Below, piece by piece: positions 54,588-64,000 of a stretch of DNA of 64,000 bases. The notes under the pieces were generated by a model. It searched no databases, was not told the origin of the DNA, and saw only the letters and a program-made list of their open reading frames with translations. The stretch comes from Octopus vulgaris. Lineage: Eukaryota. Location of the stretch: positions 12,338,001 to 12,402,000 of the forward strand of contig OX597824.1 in assembly GCA_951406725.2 (NCBI GenBank). The letters run 5' to 3'. The stretch's first letter is position 1, and the number at the start of each line of letters is the position of its first letter. The position numbers and the translations under genes are program-made.

Positions 54588-54779
54588 TGGTAGGACTTCC
54601 TCGTTAAGATATGGAGCTATGGAGCAGCTGAACGCATTATTTTATGCTATCTCCCTGTTGCTAAAGGTTAAGACCATCTGCATTTGGGAGGTCATTTATC
54701 AAACATTGTTACGAGGCAGTCCGATGCTTTAATCCGGTGTTTTACAATTTCAGTGTTAGTTATGTAGACTCAAAATGTA

Positions 54780-54829
<50 letters not shown>

Positions 54830-55638
54830 GTTGATGTCATAAGGGTTTTTATAAACTTTGAGAGAATGTGAATTAATTCTTCTTTTCTGGATTGCTGGAT
54901 CTCGTAACAAATAAAGGTATGAATAATAGTATATAAATAATAGGTTTAATAAGCTCATTGGGACTGAAACTCACACCTGACAAAGAAAACTGACAACGAA
55001 CCAACGCTGAACAGACGCAACAAGGAAAAACAAAGGGAAAAAAAGAAAGGAAGAAAGAAAGAAAGACCAACAATTGAACCAATAAATTTTGAATGTGCAA
55101 TTTACAAAAAAAAAATGTTTTTTTTTGTTTTTTTTTTGTTTGTACTGTGTGCACAGAGAATAGAAAAAAATTCTTTTCTTTTCTTTGTTTTTACCAACCT
55201 TCGTCGCGTTTTAATCGAGAAAAAAATTTCTTCTCTTTTTTTTTTTCGTGCGTGAGTGCAGATGAAGAAACAAACTGTTGAAAGTGACTGGAAAACAGGT
55301 TGGTTGTGTTTCAGACTTGGCAGAAAAACTGGATTTTTTTTTTTTTTTTTTTTGTTGAGTGTTCTCTGGAACTTCGGGGTCACCACTGTAAGGAAATGTG
55401 AATATCTTCTCCTGACCTTTGGGGGTGCGAGAAGCAATCACTTTCCGTTGCTTTTATATCCAGACTCTATCAGTCAAAGAAACACAAAACGCAGACGTAA
55501 AAAATAGATATACTTTATTGTTTTATGGTGAGAGATCAGTGGTATATCTGATATCCTTGGTTCTGGGCGCGCAAGGCTGAAAGTTAATCGATTGTAATAT
55601 TTACAATGTTCAGCCGCTAAAAACAGAACGGGTTAAAG

Positions 55639-55665
55639 ATGGCCGCGGAATATGAAGACGATGTT
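55639..55665 (+). other. Candidate translation start (MAAEYEDDV...) cut off by the assembly gap
   Basis: aagATGGCCGC context, in-frame upstream TAA, ~800 bp of non-repeat sequence upstream. Only 9 codons are visible. Confidence 0.25.
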
Positions 55666-55765
55666 NNNNNNNNNNNNNNNNNNNNNNNNNNNNNNNNNNN
55701 NNNNNNNNNNNNNNNNNNNNNNNNNNNNNNNNNNNNNNNNNNNNNNNNNNNNNNNNNNNNNNNNN
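55666..55765. other. Assembly gap (100 N)
   Basis: Read directly from the sequence. Confidence 0.99.
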
Positions 55766-57315
55766 GAGACGAGGTCAGATTGTCGTCAAGGAGATGATTT
55801 TCTATCCTAGATATGTATTTGCGCGCGCGCATGTGTGTGTGCGCGTGCACATGTCTATATATACACAGGGTCGAATTCGAATGTTATTTTAATCCAAGAT
55901 AAGTACTCTGATATATATATAAGAATATATACACAGGGGTTGGACAAAATAATGGAAATACCTTAAAATTTCAAACAAATTTATTTTAATATGGGATAGG
56001 ACCACCTTTGGCAGTAATTACAGCTTGAATTCTATGAGGTATGGTCTCGTACAAAGTTTGAATTGTTTCCAAAAAACAATTTTTGTCCATTCTTAAGCTA
56101 AAACATTCTCCAGTTTTTGTAGTGATGATGGTGGAGGATATCGACCCCTAACTTGTTTTTTCTAAAATACACCATAAATGTTAAAAAAATATTGAGATCT
56201 GGGGACTGTGGTGGCCAGATAAGATGTTCAACTTCACTAGAATGTTCCTCGTGTCATTCAGTAACAAAACGGTGTTTCGGATCAGACGGCTTACATAAGT
56301 TGGAATTTCTCCGTTTTGATGGGGATTTTTTCCAATAATGTTTTTCACCAAAGTTTTCAGAATGATAGGAGACATCTTTTCACGAAAAAAAAAAAGAAAA
56401 AAAGACTAATATTGAAAATTTGTTTTTTTTTTTCAGTCCGAAACGATTTTGGCCACTTTTTTTTTACTACGCACTTAAACCCGCGAAAGAAACACTTTTG
56501 GTTAATAAAAAAGATAGTTAATAATTTCAGAGGAAGTGCTTAAATGGTACTTATTTAATCGACCCCGAAAGAATGGAAGGCAAAGTCGACCTCGGCAGAA
56601 TTTGAACTCAGAACGTAGCGGCAGACGAAATGCCGCTAAGCATTTCGCCCGGCGTGCTAACGATTCTGCCAGCTCGCCGCCTTAATTCTGCCTTTGTTTG
56701 AAATGTTGGCACAAGGTCTAGAGGTGTCAGTAAGCTACTTCAACCTCAATGATTGACTAGTAATTTATCTTATCGACCCGGAAAGGATGAAAGATAAAGT
56801 TGATCTCAGTGGAATTTGAACACAGAACGTAAAGAATCAGAAAAAAAAACAAAAAAACAAACTGCTGAGCATTTTGTCCAGTTCTGCCAGTTCGTAGCAT
56901 TAGCCGCGTGCTGATATATGGCACAGATACAGAGATGCTTACAAAAGCCCTGCAAATTCTTTAGGACATTATGTAAACGATTACCACTTGCAAAACTCAG
57001 CACGCCGTAGAGTAAAAATAAAACACATGCCGAACTTTGTGGCAATCTACCTTCAGTTATAACCACATTGCGCCAATGAAAATAAACGTTTTTTATAAGT
57101 TACTATTGGAGATGCAATGACGAGGTAACACATTAACTGTTGCTATAGAAACTAACTCGTGGCAAGAGATCGAGAGGGACTGACTTTTCGTACATTGCCC
57201 AACTGTTACAACATACTACGATTAAACTGGAGACTCTGCTTGCTGCCACTAAGTAGCGTGTCTACAGAAGATCACTTGGTAGAAACTGTCTGAGCTTTTG
57301 AGTTTTTCTGATGGG

Positions 57316-57417
<102 letters not shown>

Positions 57418-57843
57418 ATACACACACACACAAACACACACACAAACACACACACATCATATAGCTATGATATAGACATATATATGCGTGTATAAATGAG
57501 TGTGTGTGCGTGTGCGTTAACATATTTACATACATATATATGCATACACACACACACACACACACACACAAATACACACGCACACATATATATATACATA
57601 TATACAACGGGCTTCGTTCAGTTTCCATCTACCAAATCCACTCACGAGGCTTTGGTCGGCCCGAGGCTATTGTAGAAAGCACTTGCTTAAGGTGCCACGC
57701 AGTGGGACTGAACCCGGAACCATGTGGCTGGTAAGCAAGCTACTTACCACACAGCTACTCATACGCCTACATACATGTATGTATATATGTATATATATAT
57801 ATTACACAATCGCACATACGTATAAACATGCATGTGCGCGCGC

Positions 57844-57896
<53 letters not shown>

Positions 57897-59328
57897 ATAT
57901 AACACTTAGACACGTTACGTGGGAGCACCCGTTCACACACCAACACGTCTATCAGTGGTTACAGCATTTGCATTAACAGAATGCCTTCCAATGCATGTGT
58001 TCTACAAAAACAGACCACTCTGGAAAAACCACCATCCATGAGGGAACGGCGACTTTCGATTCGAAAAGGTCTGCAGAGCTGGAGGAGAAAAGACGACGAC
58101 GGAAGGAGCGCCAACAACAACCACGTGCGACTCTCCCTTCCGGCACTAGATGTCCGCACTGCGACCGATCTTTTCAAGCAAGAATTGGTCTTATCGGTCA
58201 CCTACGGACTCAGCAGTAAATTTGCGCGAAGACCATCATCCTCGACCTTGAGGGATTGCCATCATCATCTACAAAACGTAGACTGTCTTTCATACAGGCA
58301 AGCAAGTTAGCTATTGTTGTAATCGTCTTCTGATCTCTAAATGACTCATGAAATATAAATTTTCGTTTTACTTTTGTTAAGCTGCGACCCATCATCCTTG
58401 ACCTAAATTCACCGACAAAGAAGTTTTATATATTTAATATTTTCATACCTGAATAAACTCAGGTTTCTGTTCACAACGTTTACGCTTTTGTTACCCACCC
58501 ATGTTGTTATTCGCTTGGCAGAATCTTTAGAGTCGCACAAACTCCTTGAGGTGTTTATCATGCTTCTTTGCGCTCTGAATTCAAATCTCATCAAGCTTAT
58601 CTTTGTCTTTCATCTTTTCTTACTGGCCAGGTAATTGCAATAAATCTAATCAACTCTCCTTCCCCTCCCCAATTCCTCGCTTTGTACCCTCTGTTACATG
58701 TTTCAGTGTGGAGGCGTAATGGCCCAGTGGTTAGGGCAGCGGACTCGCGGTCGTAGGATCGCGGTTTCGATTCCCAGACCGGGCGTTGTGAGTGTTTATT
58801 GAGCGAAAACATCTAAAGCTCCACGAGGCTCCGGCAGGGGATGGTGGTGATCCTTGCTGTACTCTTTCACCACAACTTTCTCTCACTCTTACTTCCTGTT
58901 TCTGTTGTACCTGTATTTCAAAGGGCCGGCCTTGTCACTCTCTGTGTCACGCTGAGTATCCCCGAGAACTACGTTAAGGGTACACGTGTCTGTGGAGTGC
59001 TCAGCCACTTACACGTTAATTTCACGAGCAGGCTGTTCCGTTGATTCGGATCAACCGGAACCCTCATCGTCGTAACCGACGGAGTGCTTCCACCACATGT
59101 TTCAGTCATTCGACAGCGGCAGTGCTGGGGCACCACCTTGAAGGGTTTGGTTGGGTAGGTCGATCCCTTCGTACTTATTCTACTGGCTTCTGTTGCCGAA
59201 CCTATATATTACAAAGGTGTAAACAAACACACACTGGTTGTAAAACTGTGGCAGAAGGTGGAGGAAACAAGAATGAATATGAAGACACACATACGTGCGC
59301 GTGAACACACGCATATATATATATATAT

Positions 59329-59463
59329 GTAGGTCCCGGGTTGAGTCGGGGTTAACCAAAGTAAATAAGGTACTCAATACATAGCAGAGTAAATTAATTT
59401 ATTTTACAGAAGGAGCTTCTACAGGACTAGAACTGTTTCATTCAAAAGAAATCATCAGGAAGC
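59329..59463 (-). mobile_element. 135-bp hammerhead-containing mini-element in (TA)n, present only in duplication copy 2
   Basis: Unique island between TA tracts, not present at 46110-46610. Confidence 0.8.
59415..59463 (-). ncRNA. Type I hammerhead ribozyme motif, core intact
   Basis: Minus strand: GCTTC-CTGATGA-t-TTC tttt GAA-t-GAAA-CAG ttctagtc CTG-TA-GAAGC; GUA cleavage triplet. Confidence 0.85.
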
Positions 59464-60330
59464 ATATATATATATATATATAGACATACACACACACACA
59501 TGTATACAACAAATTTCAACACAGTTTCCATCTGCCAAATTCACTCACAAAGCAAATGTATTCTGCCACAGCCTAAGGTCAACCTGGGGCTATAGTAGCC
59601 CGATCTGTGTGTCTGTATGTGTGTATACATACATTTGTATACACAGACACATATATATGTATATATACATATACATACATACATACATACATACATACAT
59701 ACATACATACATACATACATACATACATGGTGGCTGCCCCCTCGTTATCGAGTATGGCCAATGCACGAAGCTTAATCAATGTTGTTATCGTGCAATGCCT
59801 GTGCAAGAAGATACTTTTTAAGTGAGGAAAGGCTGTGCACTGAGTCAATCCCACTCACTAAGCAAAAGCAGCCATAATCCGAAAAGAAGAACAAGTCAAC
59901 ATCATCGGTAACCACTGAGCCGCAGTTTTATGTCGGAGTTATCCCAGTTACCTGAGTTACCTTCTCCTAGAAGGATGCCCTGACAAAGGCTAGGAGTCCT
60001 TCACTCCCAATGGTTTAACTGCGCGATCGGGTATTCAATCCGATTATTTCTATGTCCCCACGCATGATACAGCTTTAAGACATTTATTGGATGGTCGTTG
60101 ACTCTCAAGAGTTCCTCCGCCCTTTGACGGGTTTTGTTTTTCATCCCACAGGGTGACCAATAAACACCCTCCTCACCAAGCGAACTTGGTGGGGTTGCCG
60201 GTTTAGTCGCCGACGACCCGACCATGCAACAGGTAGTACTGGGTTACATGTTACCAGTAGCACTCGAAAGTGACCTGACATACATACATACATACATACA
60301 TACATACATACAACACACACACACACACAC

Positions 60331-60378
<48 letters not shown>

Positions 60379-60640
60379 TATAGGCGTAGGAGTGGCTACG
60401 TGGTAAGTAGCTTGCTTACCAACCGCATGGTTCCAGGTTTAGTCCCACTTCGTGACACCTTGGGCAAGTGTCTTCTACTATAATCTCGGGCCGACAAAAT
60501 CCTTGTGAGTGGATTTGGTAGACGGAAACTGAAAGAAGCACTAGGCTTCCAAAGAATAAGTTTGCTCGACTAAAGGCGGTGCGCTAGCATGGTCACAGTC
60601 AAATGACTGAAACAGGTAAAAGAGTAAAAGAGTATATATA

Positions 60641-60985
<345 letters not shown>

Positions 60986-62311
60986 GAGACTTTGAGACTT
61001 TTATAGGAGAGGCAGTTATAAGTGTCCTAGATTATTGTAATTTTAGTATATCATTACAAAGCATACAATAAGCTGTTCGTCCAGTTTTTGCTATTTTCGA
61101 CTGAAGAGACAGCTGCAACAACACTTTGAACACGCCCAGCTAAATACTGCGTACCACAGCCGATCAGTTTGCCGAATGCAATCGAGACGTTTGTGAACTC
61201 GCTACGCAATCAAGTGTGGTGTTTTGAAATGGGTAAAAACGCTACAGAAACTAACGAAATTCTCCAGGCTGCTTACGGATTAACCTCGTCGATAGCACAA
61301 GAGGTTCAAAGACGGTGGGAAGCACTCCGTCGGTTACGACGACGAGGGTTCCGGTTGATCCGATCAACGGAACAGCCTGCTCGTGAAATTAACGTGTAAG
61401 TGGCTGAGCACTCCACAGACACGTGTACCCTTAACGTAGTTCTCGGGGATATTCAGCGTGACACAGAGAATGACAAGGCCGGCCCTTTGAAATATAGGTA
61501 CAACAGAAACAGGAAGTAAGGGTGAGAGAAAGTTGTGGTGAAAGAGTACAGCAGGGATCACCACCATCCCCTGCCGGAGCCTCGTGGAGCTTTAGGTGAT
61601 TTCGCTCAATAAACACTCACAACGCCCGGTCTGAGAATCGAAACCGCGATCCTACGACCGCGAGTCCGCTGCCCTAACCACTGGGCTATTCCGCCTCCAC
61701 TAAAAGACGGTAAAGAGCGGGTGATGGACAATGAGATGTGTGGGAGGCGAAGGAGGGAGGCCAGAACATCAGAGCTGGTTGAGAAAATTCTCAATTTCCT
61801 TGATGAGAACCGTCGTGTGTCTATAAAGGCAATAATCATACAGTGTGGAGTTGGTGAGGCAACTGTACACAGAATTATTCACGAAGATCTGAACTTTTGC
61901 AGGATTTTTGCGAAGGTTGTTTCCATGGTGCTCAGTGACAATCATCCTGGTAACCAACAGGGGTGGGCATCAAAAATATCTCTCACTCTCCCTACTGTCC
62001 AGATCTTGACCCCCGTGACTATTGGTTGTTCCCCAAGGTGAAGAAGAAACTAGAGGCAGTCGTTTTGACGGCGAATGAGGCTGTGATAAAGGGTCCTGGA
62101 CACCTTCACCTTGAAGGACTTTTATGGGGGCCTTCATGAAGTGGCTGAAGCACTACAACAAATACATTGATGTCAGAGACCCCCTACTTTGACGGAGATT
62201 AGAATTTTGTACTTCTTTCAAATTAATAAATGTCTCTTGTGAAAAATATCTGAAAATTTCTGGAATTCCCCATGTATGTATGTATGTATGCATGCGCGTG
62301 CTTGTGTGTGT

Positions 62312-62351
<40 letters not shown>

Positions 62352-64000
62352 ATTTGTGTGTGTGTGTTTGTGTGTGAGGCAGTGCGAGATAGAAGGTAAA
62401 AAAATAATGCATTACAAAATAAATCGGATTGAGGGGAAAAAGAAAGAACAAAAGCCCCCTCTATAACCACAATCTTATACCCCCCCCACACACACAACAT
62501 ATATATGATACATTATCGTACATCCGGTACTTATATATCAGAAATGATAATAAGGTATGATGACCCACAGACAAAGAAAAAAATGCAAATATATAATGTA
62601 AAGTTCAACAGCATTGAACGTAAGCCATTGGTATACTCGTGTAGGCTTAAGCTTAGGCTTACATGAATGCATGTGTCTCTGTCGGTTTCAATTTACTAGT
62701 TATTGACTTATAACTCGTGTTAGTATGAAAGTGGCTGAATTGGATACACAAACACGCATATACTTAATGTAATCCTTAGGGAGTATCAATGTAACCCGCT
62801 ACGTAACAAAACTAGCCCTTAGAATCAGAATCACAGATATAGTTCATTCGATGGATTTTCCATGTAATTTTCATCCAATTTCATTCTAGGGTTTGGATCC
62901 ATCTCAGATCATGCTAAATGACACATCTCCAATTTAGGAGCAAATTCCTTAACTCGACGTCAGTGCCTCCGCTCAACTAAACTATAATGAATGAAAGCTG
63001 CTTATTGATTTGATTGAAACCTTTACAAAAAGAAAGCAACTTTTAAAGGCTTGGCTGTCTGGAAAAGATTTTAGATATTTTTATCAAAATGGGGTTTTGT
63101 GGTTTCTTTTATCATTGAATACTTCAAGTAGTGCTTCAATTACAAATTTTATTCAATGCGACATTTCAATTTACTGTGTGATAGTTTAACACTTGTTCAT
63201 ACTTCTGAAGATATAAAAGTTGTCTAAATATTTGCAACCGCTATCTTACATATTCAGAGTTAAAATGACCGAGTCATTTAGAGACAAAATAAGCGTAATA
63301 ATAGTTTCAAATTTTGGTACAAGGTGAGTAAATTTTAATGGGAGGAGGTAATTTAATTAAATCGACTACCACACCCAAATGACACTTATTTTATCATCAC
63401 TGAAAAGATGAAAGGCAAAGTCAACCGCGGTGGTATTTGAATTCAGAAAATAAAAAGCTGGAAGAAAAGGTGAAAATAAGTATAATAATCGCTGACATAA
63501 TGCAGTGGCTTTGGCTTGCTGCGAACTACCGATCTTTCTATCCACTTGGCTATTCACTCTTTCCCACGGGTAACTAGGGGTTAAAAATATATTTAAAAAA
63601 GTTATACTTAAAATATTGTTCGAAATTCTTTTTGAAAAAGAAATAAAATGAGATTAACGTTAAAGTAGACTTTCATTAGACAACAATATAAGAAAACCAG
63701 ATTTTACACATGCCAATTCAGTAATAAAGAAGATTTTGAAGTGACAAAAATATTTATTCTTTTCAGATTGAAGAAAAGAACTGTTCATTCGTAAAATACG
63801 ATTAGTCTGAGTAAGTCGTGAGGAGATGTTAGTTCAAAGGTTTCATGCAAGACAGGTCTAAATGTCAGAACACACCTCACCTCACAATAAATAAACTTAT
63901 TCTATAAAAATTACAACCTGTTCTCTCCCTCGTCCCGTGTGTGTGTGTGTGTGTGCTTTACCTTTGCAGGCCGTCATAACTTTACCAGAACATTTGGTTC

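Overview
Repeat-saturated, AT-rich animal genomic DNA. The SINE families and microsatellite load look like octopus/cephalopod (my inference). I recognise no intact host protein-coding exon, rRNA or true tRNA gene, and nearly all listed ORFs come from microsatellites or repeats. Content: several tRNA-derived SINE families, decayed LINEs (RTE, R4/Dong-like, CR1/L2-like), Tc1/mariner relics, two non-autonomous Helitrons, a Penelope-like (PLE) RT fragment, and an ~8.3-8.6 kb near-identical duplication (42557-51139 vs 55766-64000) on either side of a 100-N gap, probably two haplotypes. The main unexplained signal is seven type I hammerhead ribozyme motifs, read by eye, from about six unrelated sequence families, most inside 130-220 bp non-coding mini-elements. 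One mini-element has an 11-bp TSD, two sit inside (TA)n tracts, two motifs form an inverted pair, one follows the PLE RT, and one element is present in only one copy of the duplication. This suggests a diverse and possibly still mobile population of ribozyme-carrying non-autonomous PLE/retrozyme-like elements. All calls are by eye; no database search or folding program was run.
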